DNA of 51,086 nt from an uncultured Peptococcaceae bacterium. GTDB lineage: Bacteria; Bacillota; UBA994. The translations under genes and the position numbers were made by a program. Each line of letters opens with the position of its first letter. The stretch's first letter is position 1. Under the pieces are notes generated by a model, which ran no database searches, was not told the DNA's origin, and saw nothing but the letters and a program-made list of their open reading frames with translations. The stretch spans positions 14,478 through 65,563 of the forward strand of contig CAYGHR010000001.1 of assembly GCA_964349715.1 (NCBI GenBank), in the 5' to 3' direction. Positions 8,455-17,403 of this stretch are shown piece after piece.

Positions 8455-8532
8455 CTAGCGATTCCTACTACGCCAAAACAACCGCAGGATGCCGGCAAGC
8501 CACCTGGGAGGCTTGTAGACGCGGATTCTCAT
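8455..8532 (-). CDS. spoVM: Stage V sporulation protein M homologue (25 aa)
   Basis: My own translation: MRIRVYKPPRWLAGILRLFWRSRNR. It is below the ORF-track size cutoff. RBS GGAGGAGGGG precedes the ATG at 8532. It resembles B. subtilis SpoVM (MKFYTIKLPKFLGGIVRAMLGSFRKD, from memory) and occupies the same rpe-spoVM-rpmB position. Confidence 0.75.
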   Translation of the reverse strand: MRIRVYKPPRWLAGILRLFWRSRNR

Positions 8533-8542
8533 GCCCCTCCTC

Positions 8543-8707
8543 CTAGCATTCGTAGTACAGGTACCACCCGGCCCACACACACAGTCCCCCTAACACCAGC
8601 AGCCACAACCAACTAGGAATAATGCGCGATATCAGCAGTAGCCCGGCTAGAGCTACCAGAACACCGCCCGCGCGACGCAAGGGGTGATGACAGTGAGTTC
8701 TGCGCAA
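8543..8707 (-). CDS. Hypothetical 54-aa two-helix membrane micro-protein, co-oriented and contiguous with spoVM
   Basis: My own translation: (TTG)MRRTHCHHPLRRAGGVLVALAGLLLISRIIPSWLWLLVLGGLCVWAGWYLYYEC. RBS GAAGGAGGG sits 6 nt upstream. Its stop codon lies inside the spoVM RBS. I recognise no family. Confidence 0.5.
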   Translation of the reverse strand: MRRTHCHHPLRRAGGVLVALAGLLLISRIIPSWLWLLVLGGLCVWAGWYLYYEC

Positions 8708-8737
8708 GCCGTACCCTCCTTCTTTGGCTCATGCCTC

Positions 8738-8766
8738 AGTGTATGCGTAGCGCGCGTAGGATGTGA
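8738..8766 (-). promoter_or_regulatory. Candidate sigma-E-type promoter for the micro-ORF/spoVM pair
   Basis: The minus strand reads TCACATC (8766-8760), 14-nt spacer, CATACACT (8745-8738). The -10 matches CATACAnT exactly and the -35 matches 5 of 7. B. subtilis spoVM is sigma-E dependent. Confidence 0.5.
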
Positions 8767-8793
8767 AAACCGGGAGTACTACTCCCGGTTTTT
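8766..8793 (-). terminator. Rho-independent terminator at the end of rpe
   Basis: The minus strand reads AAAAACCGGGAGTAGTACTCCCGGTTTTCAC. The 7-9 bp stem has the rpe TAG stop inside the hairpin, followed by 4 T. Confidence 0.55.
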
Positions 8794-9441
8794 CCCTACC
8801 GCACGAATACTCTCCGCAAATGCTCGTCTGTCCGGACTTTGAAAGAAGGAGAACCCCGCCACGAGGTGCGTCGCGCCTTCAGCAATGCACAACTTCGCGG
8901 TTTCCTCTGTGATGCCGCCGTCTACCTGCAGAATGATCTCCCGTCCATGAGTGAGGGCAAGCTCCCGCACTGCGCTAATTTTCGCCAAGACACTGGGGAT
9001 GAACTTCTGACCGCCAAACCCGGGATTAACCGTCATCAGTAATACCGCATCCAGATCCTGAATAATGCAGCGGAGTACGTCAACGGGAGTGGCGGGGTTT
9101 AGGGAAACGCCGGCCCTCACCCCTAGTTCTTTGATTGCGTGTACAAGCCGATGCAGATGGTGCGTCGCTTCGACATGCACCGTAATCAGCTCGGGTCCAC
9201 TCTCAGCAAAGGCGGCGACATACTTCTCGGGCTCTGACACCATCAGATGGCAGTCGAATTTAAGCTGTCCGTGCCGCCTGACCGCATGAGCCATGTTTAC
9301 GCCGTACGAGATGTTTGGCACGAAGTTGCCGTCCATGACATCGACATGCACGTGGCTTAGCCCCGCGGAGACTACGCTGTCTAACTCTTCGCCTAAGTAC
9401 AGCAAGTCGGCCGCCAACAGCGACGGCGACAGTATAATCAC
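8779..9441 (-). CDS. rpe: Ribulose-phosphate 3-epimerase
   Basis: ORF 8779..9441. SPSLLAADLL, HVDVMDGNFVPN and MTVNPGFGGQKF motifs are present. GTGA start/stop overlap with rsgA. Confidence 0.93.
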   Translation of the reverse strand: MIILSPSLLAADLLYLGEELDSVVSAGLSHVHVDVMDGNFVPNISYGVNMAHAVRRHGQLKFDCHLMVSEPEKYVAAFAESGPELITVHVEATHHLHRLVHAIKELGVRAGVSLNPATPVDVLRCIIQDLDAVLLMTVNPGFGGQKFIPSVLAKISAVRELALTHGREIILQVDGGITEETAKLCIAEGATHLVAGFSFFQSPDRRAFAESIRAVGKNRE

Positions 9442-10319
9442 TTGTATCGGCTCCTTTCTTGTTGCCTAACTTCTTCAAGGAGAGCCAAATAGCTCTTGTA
9501 ACGTTCCAAAGCTATAGCCCCACTTGGCAACAGCCCGCCCCGCACCTCGCACCCGGGTTCACCGCTGTGCCTGCAATCGCCCCCGAAACGGCATCGCTCC
9601 CGCGCACCGCGCATTTCCGGGAAGTGCTCGGCTAGATTATGGCTGCTAAGCCCCTCGGGTAGGTCTAATCGACTAAACCCGGGAGTATCAGCCACAAAGG
9701 CCTCGTAATTCGGCAGGTAGTGCAGCTCGACATGGCGCGTGGTATGTCTCCCATGATGCGTTTTCGCACTCACTTCTCCCACAGCCGCATTAACCCCAGG
9801 GCACAACAACCGCACGAGGCTCGACTTGCCGACGCCCGACTGCCCCGCAAGTACGGAAGTCTGTCCGCGCAAGACGTCAAGGAGTTCGCTTGGCGCCTGC
9901 TTGCTTGTCAGCGACCCGAGAATTACGCAGTAACCGGCCTTCTCATAGATACCTTTAAGTTCCGCGCGCTGATGCAGGTCCGTCTTAGTAAAAAACACGA
10001 CCCCCCGCAGTCCAAGCACTTCTGCTGCCACTAACACTCTGTCTACGAGGATAAGATTTGGTTCCGGGGAGGTCATAGCGGCCACAACTACCACTTGCGA
10101 TACGTTGGCAACTAGGGGTCGGTCCAGTACATTTCGGCGCGGCAGAATGGCCTCGACGACGCCCTCGCCATCGGCAAGTGTGGTGACTTCGACCATATCC
10201 CCCACACAAGGGGTTTCATCTGACAAGCGCATTTTGCCGCGGGCACGACATCGAAGAACTGACGGTCCCACTTGCACAAAGTAGTAGCCGGCTAGGAGCC
10301 TAATGACCCGTCCCACCAA
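9438..10319 (-). CDS. rsgA: Ribosome small subunit-dependent GTPase A (CpgA/YloQ)
   Basis: ORF 9438..10319. GQSGVGKSSL P-loop and C-terminal zinc cluster CRFGGDCRHSGEPGC are present. Confidence 0.9.
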   Translation of the reverse strand: MVGRVIRLLAGYYFVQVGPSVLRCRARGKMRLSDETPCVGDMVEVTTLADGEGVVEAILPRRNVLDRPLVANVSQVVVVAAMTSPEPNLILVDRVLVAAEVLGLRGVVFFTKTDLHQRAELKGIYEKAGYCVILGSLTSKQAPSELLDVLRGQTSVLAGQSGVGKSSLVRLLCPGVNAAVGEVSAKTHHGRHTTRHVELHYLPNYEAFVADTPGFSRLDLPEGLSSHNLAEHFPEMRGARERCRFGGDCRHSGEPGCEVRGGLLPSGAIALERYKSYLALLEEVRQQERSRYK

Positions 10320-10322
10320 GCG

Positions 10323-12161
10323 CTAAGTGCCTCCCTGCCCGATTATCTCATCGCGGTCGAGGCGTCCATCAATCCTTACGATAAGTCGAAAAGGAGCGAT
10401 GCCGGACACAGGGATGCGCAAGTCTCCATCCTGGCGCCTGTGGACACGGTCGTAGACCACGCGCTCTCCTTCCATGTCCTCTACACTGACTTCAACACGG
10501 GTATTTTCCGCAAGTCGGTCCGCCGGGATAACTACCGTGGTGGATGCCTGCCGGCCGCGGCTGACGACTATGGATACCTCGCCGCCGACAGGAATACGCT
10601 CCCCTGCCGAGGGAGTCTGGGCGATGACTCGTCCGTAGGGAGTCGTAGCGTGGAACTCCTGTGTCACAGGGGTTTTTACGGTAAGACCTAGTTCATTAAG
10701 ACTCGCAACTACCTGAGCCTCCGTAAGCCCTAATAGGAGCGGCGTCAGTACTTCTGCCACCGGCGGCCCAAGGCTAATCAAAATATCAATGCGCTCTCCG
10801 CGCTGTGTCAGCGTTCCCGGGCGCGGGTTCTGCTCAATAATGTGTTCGGCGGGGATGGTCTCGTGGGTGCGCTCTGTTTTCTGTCCGAGCACAAACCCTT
10901 GCTTTGTAAGGTCAATCTCAGCCTGCAACAGCGTCTTGCCCACTACATCGGGCACTTCCAAAAGCTCGGGACCTAGGCTCGGGATGATCTCCACGGCCCG
11001 CCCCGCTCGCACAGTACGACCACCCTCTGGATTCTGCCGCAATACTACATTAGGAGGCACCTCGGGATTAGACTCGGCCTCCTTGATGGTGTAGTTAAGG
11101 CCAACCTCACGGAGGTCGGCGGTAGCCTCCGCCAAGGTCATGCCAACGATATTGGGGACCACTACTTCGGGCCGTGGCCAGAAGGTGTAGAGCAAGCCGA
11201 CAATCATAACCAGCATTGTCACTGCCATCGCGGAGGAAATTAAAGCCATCCAAGAAACTTTGCGCTTGACCTGCTTCCCCACGCTGCTCCTCCTCGATTC
11301 CTGTCCGGGGGTGATGACCGCTTCCTTCCTAGCGTCGCCATTTACTGCTAAAAGCAACAGATCGTCTAGTAAGTCTTGGGCTGTCTGGTACCTGTTGTCT
11401 TGCTCCTTGCGCAAGCATTTCATGACTATTGCCTCAAGCCTAGGGTCAATGTGGGGACACAGCTCACCTAAGGGACGAGGTGACTCCTGCAAGTGCTTGA
11501 GCCCTATGGAGAAAACGTTGTCGCCCGTGAACGGCAAGTCCCCCGCGAGCATCTCATACATCACCACGCCAAGCGAGTAAATGTCAGAGCGCTCATTGGT
11601 GTATCCACCTCTAGCTTGCTCAGGAGACAGGTAGTGCACGGAGCCCATCAGGGCACCCGTCTGCGTCAAGGTGGATGAGGTCATCGCGCGCGCGATGCCA
11701 AAGTCTGTGACCTTAGCCTGTCCATCCCTTGTCATCAAGATGTTCAGGGGTTTTATGTCCCTATGGATAACTCCATGCTGATGCGCATGCCGCAGTGCTT
11801 CCGCGATTTGCATAGCTATATCAATGGCAACTTTACTGGCTAGGGTGCCGCTGTCGACGATTAGCTCCTTAAGAGTCTTGCCCTCGACGTATTCCATGAC
11901 TATGAAGTGAGTATCCTGGTCCTGACCCACATCGTAGATCGCAACTATGTGGGGGTTCGAGAGACTTGCGGCTGCTTGCGCTTCGCGTCGGAACTTAGCG
12001 ACAAAGTCACCGTCGACGGTCATGTGCGTGTTCAGAACCTTTATGGCTACGGTGCGGTTCAGCAGAGCGTCGCGCCCCCTGTAGACGAAGGCAGTTCCCC
12101 CGCCCCCTAACCGCTCACCTACAGCGTAACGTCCCCCCAATACCTTTCCCGTCATGTTCAT
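10323..12161 (-). CDS. prkC: Ser/Thr protein kinase with extracellular PASTA repeats (PrkC-type)
   Basis: ORF 10323..12161. Hanks kinase motifs (VAIKVL, HRDIKPLNIL, DFGIA), one TM segment, then repeated PASTA-like units (VPNIVGMT.., VPDVVGKT.., LLLGLTEAQ..). Confidence 0.92.
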   Translation of the reverse strand: MNMTGKVLGGRYAVGERLGGGGTAFVYRGRDALLNRTVAIKVLNTHMTVDGDFVAKFRREAQAAASLSNPHIVAIYDVGQDQDTHFIVMEYVEGKTLKELIVDSGTLASKVAIDIAMQIAEALRHAHQHGVIHRDIKPLNILMTRDGQAKVTDFGIARAMTSSTLTQTGALMGSVHYLSPEQARGGYTNERSDIYSLGVVMYEMLAGDLPFTGDNVFSIGLKHLQESPRPLGELCPHIDPRLEAIVMKCLRKEQDNRYQTAQDLLDDLLLLAVNGDARKEAVITPGQESRRSSVGKQVKRKVSWMALISSAMAVTMLVMIVGLLYTFWPRPEVVVPNIVGMTLAEATADLREVGLNYTIKEAESNPEVPPNVVLRQNPEGGRTVRAGRAVEIIPSLGPELLEVPDVVGKTLLQAEIDLTKQGFVLGQKTERTHETIPAEHIIEQNPRPGTLTQRGERIDILISLGPPVAEVLTPLLLGLTEAQVVASLNELGLTVKTPVTQEFHATTPYGRVIAQTPSAGERIPVGGEVSIVVSRGRQASTTVVIPADRLAENTRVEVSVEDMEGERVVYDRVHRRQDGDLRIPVSGIAPFRLIVRIDGRLDRDEIIGQGGT

Positions 12162-12898
12162 ACGCTGTCCTCTCTCATCGCTAACAGAATCGTCACGTTA
12201 TCGGGCGCACCGCGCGCAAGCGCCTCATCCATGAGATGCCTAATCGCAGAGGCCGCGTCATGCTCGCGCAAAATATGCTCGATTTCCTTGTCGGAGAGGA
12301 CCCCGGTCAAGCCGTCCGTGCATAACAATAGCACGTCACGCGCCCCCCATGCCATGTCTTGGCAATCCGTGGTCAACTCGGGACAAACACCTAAGGCACG
12401 GGTAAGGACATGGCGTTGGGGATGATGTCGCGCATCGCGCGAGGAAATGCTGCCGTGGCGCAGCAGTTCCTCAACTACGGAGTGATCGTGAGTTAGCCTT
12501 GTCAGAGTACCACCGGCAAACCTATAAGCGCGGCTGTCTCCCACATGACAAATGTAGACCTGATCATAGAGCAACAGAGCAGCCGTCAAAGTGGTGCCCA
12601 TCCCTGCGTACTCTTCTTGGCGTTCGGCGGCCGTGTACACGGCAGCGTTGGCCTCTGCGAAGCCCTGCTCGAGTAACCTAGCCGGGGGCAAGCTCCCGCT
12701 GCCGTCACGCATAGAGAGCGCGAGTCCTTCCGCAGCCATGCGACTGGCGACATCACCTGCCAGATGCCCGCCCATGCCATCGGCCACAAGGCAAAGCACA
12801 GCCTCACACCCGGCAAGGGTGACCTGCTCGCTCAACACGCAGTCTTGATTCTCTGAGCGCACTTTGCCGCGATTAGTATCCGATACAACTTTGAACAA
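12158..12898 (-). CDS. prpC: PP2C-family Ser/Thr phosphatase (PrpC/Stp)
   Basis: ORF 12158..12898. RSENQD, VADGMGGH and LLCTDGL motifs are present. ATGA overlap with prkC. Confidence 0.9.
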   Translation of the reverse strand: MFKVVSDTNRGKVRSENQDCVLSEQVTLAGCEAVLCLVADGMGGHLAGDVASRMAAEGLALSMRDGSGSLPPARLLEQGFAEANAAVYTAAERQEEYAGMGTTLTAALLLYDQVYICHVGDSRAYRFAGGTLTRLTHDHSVVEELLRHGSISSRDARHHPQRHVLTRALGVCPELTTDCQDMAWGARDVLLLCTDGLTGVLSDKEIEHILREHDAASAIRHLMDEALARGAPDNVTILLAMREDSV

Positions 12899-12915
12899 GC
12901 AACCACCCCGCCCAA

Positions 12916-13944
12916 CTATTCTTGCAGGTTGCCACGCAGCTGCCCGCAGGCGCCCTGTACTTTAGTGCCCAGACCACGCCGCACCGTCACGGCAATACCC
13001 GCGTGCGTCAGAATCTCCTGAAACACCCGCACTGATGCGGGTAAGGGCGCCTCTAGGCTCGAATTAGCTACAGGATTATAAGGGATGAGGTTAACGTGAA
13101 AGTTTCCGCCCTTAATCTTTGCCACTAGCTCCCGGGCATGCTTTTCGCGATCGTTAACTCCCCTTATAAGCACATACTCAACGGTCACGCGTCGTTTAGT
13201 CGCCTCCGCATACATGTGCATCGCGGCTAGCACCGTATTGACGCGGTAGACTTGAGCTATGGGCATTAGCGAACGCCTAAGCTCGTCGTCCGCAGCATTA
13301 AGGCTCACAGATAGCGTCAAGGGCAGCCCTTCGGCAGCTAGGCGTTCTATGCCGGGCACCAACCCGCAAGTAGATACCGTAATGCGCCGAGGGCTGATCG
13401 AGCACAAGCCCACCGCGAGGCGAATGAACGCCACGGTTTCCTCGTAGTTGTCGAGCGGCTCGCCCATGCCCATGAGAACGACACGCGTAACGCGCTCGCC
13501 CCTAGCGCTAAGGCGAGAGTTTGCGAGCAGCAACTGCCTAAGCATCTCGTAACGCGTAAGGTTGCGGGCAAAGCCCCCTTTTGCCGTCGCGCAAAACGCG
13601 CACCCCATTTTGCATCCGGCTTGCGTAGAGACACAGAGCGTAAGTCCGTGTCGGTAGCGCATTATCACTGACTCGACTACCTGTGTGTCGGCAAGCTCTA
13701 CCGCAAGCTTAGTGACGCCGCCGTCGACGTTTTCCGCCACGACTTTAGCTGCAAGCACCGGGATATTCTGTTCTGCCAGCGAGTCGCGGAGCGACTTAGG
13801 GAGATTGGCCATCTGCGTGTAGTCAAGTACCGCATGTTTAAAGATCCATTCCTCAACTTGCTGGACACGGTACTTCTGTTCTCCCAGTGACGCCATCAAT
13901 CGATATCTCTCTTCCTGCGAGAGCGCTATGAAGTCTAAGCCCAA
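12916..13944 (-). CDS. rlmN: 23S rRNA/tRNA (adenine-C2)-methyltransferase RlmN (radical SAM)
   Basis: ORF 12916..13944. GCKMGCAFCAT radical-SAM cluster and GMGEPLDN motif are present. Confidence 0.92.
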   Translation of the reverse strand: MGLDFIALSQEERYRLMASLGEQKYRVQQVEEWIFKHAVLDYTQMANLPKSLRDSLAEQNIPVLAAKVVAENVDGGVTKLAVELADTQVVESVIMRYRHGLTLCVSTQAGCKMGCAFCATAKGGFARNLTRYEMLRQLLLANSRLSARGERVTRVVLMGMGEPLDNYEETVAFIRLAVGLCSISPRRITVSTCGLVPGIERLAAEGLPLTLSVSLNAADDELRRSLMPIAQVYRVNTVLAAMHMYAEATKRRVTVEYVLIRGVNDREKHARELVAKIKGGNFHVNLIPYNPVANSSLEAPLPASVRVFQEILTHAGIAVTVRRGLGTKVQGACGQLRGNLQE

Positions 13945-13960
13945 ATTTCTCTACCTCCTG

Positions 13961-15310
13961 TCAAATTCCTGCACGCCGCAATGCCGCAATATAGAATCCG
14001 TCAATCCTGTCCCGGTGGGGCCAGCAATAGTAGCCGGGGCCGTCACTCTTTACCGGCACCTGCGTGAGGCGAGCCGGCATTGTGGGCACGGGCGCAAAAT
14101 CCGTCCGTTCCGACAAGAGGTGCTTGACCACGCCAGTCGTCTCCTCCGGCTCCGTAGTGCAGACACTATAGACTAAAGTTCCGCCTCTTGCCACGAGTCT
14201 GGCCGCAGAGATAATCATCTCGCGTTGGTTTGCCGCAAGTTCCCGCACGGAGTCCTCGTTATGGCGCCAGCGCAGATCCGGTTTGTGACGCAACACACCA
14301 AAACCTGAGCAGGGCGCGTCCAGAAGCACCTTCTCGACCTCACCGGTGACGCCTATCACCTCGTGCGCCGCTTTGTGCAGGGGGCGGATGGACTTAAGAC
14401 CCAGCCGCGCCGCATTCTCTACCACAAGTTGCAGACGTTTGGCATTGCGGTCACAGGCGAAGATCTCTCCCTTATCCCCCATCAGTTCGGCGAGGTGGGT
14501 TGCCTTGCCCCCCGGCGCGGCGCATAAATCCACAATGCGCTCATGCGGCTCAGGTGCCAAAAAGTGCGCACACATCGCGGACGCTTCGCCCTGAACCGCG
14601 TAGTACCCGGCCGCAAAAAGCTCGTCCGCAAAGGAGGGAGTGGGCACGGGGTAGAGGATTTCCGGCACGTACTGCCCAACCTCAACCTTGATATGGCGTT
14701 CTTCCAGCTGTTTTGCCAGTTCTCGCACGCTGATACGCGTAGTGTTGACACGAATGCAAAAGCGCGGCGGAAGGTTGTTTGCACTGAGCAGCTCTTGTGT
14801 CTCGCGTAACCCCAGGCGCTCTAGATAGCGAGCCACGAGAAAAGGTGGATGCGAATAGTATACGGAAAGATAATGCACTGAGTCCTCTGATGGGTCGGGC
14901 CAGGTCAGGGTGTCTGCCTGTGTCAAACGGCGCAACACGGCGTTCACCAGCCGGGCTGTGCCAATGTGGCCGAAGCGGTGTGCCAGTTTGACGGCTTCGT
15001 TGACTGCCGCATGCGGGGGGACCCTTGCCAAGTACATAATTTGGTATGCGCCGAGCCTGAGGATGTTTCTAATCGCCGTTGGTAGGGTCTCTATGGGTTT
15101 ACGCAACCGCTGATTGAGCTGGAAGTCTATGGCCAGCTTCATGCTCACTGTTCCATATACAAGCTGAACAAGCAGTGCCTTATCGGCACTGCTTAGAGAA
15201 TCGGCCGGGACGCGCTCTATACTGAGGTTTGTGTAGGCCCCACTCTCGTCAACGGCGTTCAGAGCTTTTAGCGCTAAGAGCCTTGGAGAAGTATTATCCC
15301 CTGCGGTCAC
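13961..15310 (-). CDS. rsmB: 16S rRNA (cytosine967-C5)-methyltransferase RsmB
   Basis: ORF 13961..15310. NusB-like N-terminus, DLCAAPGGKATH and DAPCSGFGVLRHKPD motifs are present. Confidence 0.9.
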   Translation of the reverse strand: MTAGDNTSPRLLALKALNAVDESGAYTNLSIERVPADSLSSADKALLVQLVYGTVSMKLAIDFQLNQRLRKPIETLPTAIRNILRLGAYQIMYLARVPPHAAVNEAVKLAHRFGHIGTARLVNAVLRRLTQADTLTWPDPSEDSVHYLSVYYSHPPFLVARYLERLGLRETQELLSANNLPPRFCIRVNTTRISVRELAKQLEERHIKVEVGQYVPEILYPVPTPSFADELFAAGYYAVQGEASAMCAHFLAPEPHERIVDLCAAPGGKATHLAELMGDKGEIFACDRNAKRLQLVVENAARLGLKSIRPLHKAAHEVIGVTGEVEKVLLDAPCSGFGVLRHKPDLRWRHNEDSVRELAANQREMIISAARLVARGGTLVYSVCTTEPEETTGVVKHLLSERTDFAPVPTMPARLTQVPVKSDGPGYYCWPHRDRIDGFYIAALRRAGI

Positions 15311-15974
15311 GGAGCAGCATCAAGCGCAAAAGGTGTGCAAGCGAAACAGCGGTGGCGGCTAGATAGGTGTATCCGGCGGCACGCAGCATGTCGCGCACGG
15401 GGCCCTCTTCCTCACGCGTGACGTAGCCGCCTGCCGCTAACAACTCCACGGCTCTGCTGCTGGCGTTAAACTCCACCGGCAGAGTGATGATCTGAAACAG
15501 CACGGCGGCCGAGAAAAACAGGATGCCGACGTCCATCAACATCGGGGCATTAAAGAAGAACCCCGCAAAAAACATCGGGAAGGCGAGGTTGGAGCCGAAG
15601 CCCGCGACAGGCAAGAGTGCCGTCCTGAGCGCTAACGGCCCGTAGCCTTCGGCATGTTGCGCCGCATGGCTTGCCTCATGAGCGGCTACCCCTAGCGCGG
15701 CAACGGAAGTGCCGTTATACACCTGTTCCGAGAGACGAACGCGGCGCGCGCGTGGGTCGTAGTGGTCAGATAGTCTCCCCCCCACGGCTTCTACCGTGAC
15801 GTCGTCTAAGCCGGCTTGTCTGAGCAGCTCGCGCGCCACTTGCGCACCGGTACGCCCTGAACGCACGCGCATGGCGCTATACTTCTGATAGGCACTTTGA
15901 ATCTTCACTTGGGCAAGCATTGCCAATACCATGGCTACAAGAATCAAACCAAAACCGGGTCCGCCAAAGAACAT
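15294..15974 (-). CDS. Membrane zinc metallopeptidase (Zn_peptidase_2 / YugP-like)
   Basis: ORF 15294..15974. HEASHAAQH (HExxH) motif, hydrophobic N- and C-terminal segments. Overlaps rsmB by 17 nt. Confidence 0.75.
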   Translation of the reverse strand: MFFGGPGFGLILVAMVLAMLAQVKIQSAYQKYSAMRVRSGRTGAQVARELLRQAGLDDVTVEAVGGRLSDHYDPRARRVRLSEQVYNGTSVAALGVAAHEASHAAQHAEGYGPLALRTALLPVAGFGSNLAFPMFFAGFFFNAPMLMDVGILFFSAAVLFQIITLPVEFNASSRAVELLAAGGYVTREEEGPVRDMLRAAGYTYLAATAVSLAHLLRLMLLRDRRG

Positions 15975-15985
15975 GTTCTACCCCC

Positions 15986-16921
15986 CTAATAGAATATAGT
16001 GTCGTGGTTGCGGCTGAGGTAGCCGCGGTAAAAGTCTAAGGCCGACATCGCTTTCTTACCCGCAGGCAGAACTTTGAGCAACTCAAGACTCTCGTCCAGA
16101 CATCCCACCCACAACCTACCGTCCTGACACCACACAGCTCCGGGTTTAAGGGCGGGCCCTCCTGCCGCTCTGCGCGTCGACAACACGCCGAGGGCTTCCT
16201 GCCGCCAATGAGTGTATGCTCCCGGCCACGGGTACATGCCGCGCACTAACGCCTCAATCTGTCTAGATTCCAATGACCAGTTGATCAGCCCGTCTAGCTT
16301 ACGCACGGTGCGGGCAGTAGTCATCAACTCGTGTGCCTGCGGTGTGCGCCTTGATTCGCCCGCGTCGGGCAAGGCCAGTACCTCCGCGATAAGTTCGGCC
16401 CCAAGCAGCGACAGCTTTGTCGTTACACTGCCGCAAGTGTCGTCGGGGTTAATGGGGACGGCACGCTGCTCGATAACATCACCCGTGTCTAGTCCCCGCG
16501 CCATCTGCATAATCGTGACGCCGGTTTCATGCTCGCCGTTGACGATTGCCCAGTGCACAGGGGCTCCGCCGCGGTACTTAGGCAATAGTGAAGCATGGAT
16601 GTTCTTGCACCCAAAGCGGGGCACTGCCAAAACGGCAGGCGGCAGGAGCTTGCCGTAAGCCGCGACCACGATTGCGTCTAGCGACTGCCCACGCAAAAAG
16701 TCGAGCACTTCCGGGTCGCGCAGGGAACTAGGTTGCCATACCGACAAACCGAGTGCAAGTGCCGCCAATTTGACCGGTGGCGGTGTCAGTCGTCTACCCC
16801 TGCCCGCCGGGCGATCCGGTTGCGTGAAAACGGCTGCCACTGTGTGTCCTTCCTCATGCAGGGTGCGAAGGGCGGGGACGGCGAACTCGGGTGTCCCCAT
16901 AAAGACAATGCGCCTACGCAC
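15986..16921 (-). CDS. fmt: Methionyl-tRNA formyltransferase
   Basis: ORF 15986..17020. RIVFMGTPEFAVPAL and HASLLPKYRGGAPV motifs are present. GTG at 16921 gives the canonical N-terminus and an 8-nt overlap with def. The longer ORF lies inside def. Confidence 0.9.
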   Translation of the reverse strand: MRRRIVFMGTPEFAVPALRTLHEEGHTVAAVFTQPDRPAGRGRRLTPPPVKLAALALGLSVWQPSSLRDPEVLDFLRGQSLDAIVVAAYGKLLPPAVLAVPRFGCKNIHASLLPKYRGGAPVHWAIVNGEHETGVTIMQMARGLDTGDVIEQRAVPINPDDTCGSVTTKLSLLGAELIAEVLALPDAGESRRTPQAHELMTTARTVRKLDGLINWSLESRQIEALVRGMYPWPGAYTHWRQEALGVLSTRRAAGGPALKPGAVWCQDGRLWVGCLDESLELLKVLPAGKKAMSALDFYRGYLSRNHDTIFY

Positions 16922-17390
16922 TGTCTGTTTCACTTTCGCTGGCAGGCTCGAGTTCTGTGGCTTTGTCGATAAAGAGAATGCCGTCGAGATGGTCGATTTC
17001 GTGTTGCAGGCAACGAGCAAGCAGCGCTGTCGCCTCGAGCTCCGTGATTGTGCCGTCCCGGTTAAGGCCGCGCACCACTACCTTAGCGGCACGTTTCACC
17101 TCGCCGTATACGCCGGGCACACTTAAACATCCTTCCGTATCAGCTGTCTCACCTGCGGCCGAGACTACTTCGGGATTGACGAGCGCGAGTATTACCCCGT
17201 CCACGTCCATCACTATGACTCGCTTGGGCACACCAATCTGTGGCGCAGCTAGGCCGATTCCTTGGTAGTGATACATCGTCTCAAACATGTCGTCTATCAA
17301 ACGCTGCAATACCTCATCAAAGCGTTTCACAGGGCGAGCCCGCTCGCGCAGGACCTCCTCGCCAAGCTCACGCACCAGTCTGACAGCCAC
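16914..17390 (-). CDS. def: Peptide deformylase
   Basis: ORF 16914..17390. GIGLAAPQIG, EGCLSVPG and HEIDHLDG motifs are present. RBS is GAGGTGG. Confidence 0.93.
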   Translation of the reverse strand: MAVRLVRELGEEVLRERARPVKRFDEVLQRLIDDMFETMYHYQGIGLAAPQIGVPKRVIVMDVDGVILALVNPEVVSAAGETADTEGCLSVPGVYGEVKRAAKVVVRGLNRDGTITELEATALLARCLQHEIDHLDGILFIDKATELEPASESETDSA

Positions 17391-17403
17391 TGAGTTACCA
17401 CCT

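Noticed and set aside
8229-8498. 89-aa minus-strand ORF
   Set aside because: It lies antisense to rpmB and spans the terminator hairpin. It overlaps spoVM in another frame and has no RBS or recognisable family.
16922-17020. Long N-terminal extension of fmt inside def
   Set aside because: Fmt proteins begin close to the (M)RIVFMGTPEFA motif. GTG 16921 gives this, whereas the extension overlaps 107 nt of def in another frame.
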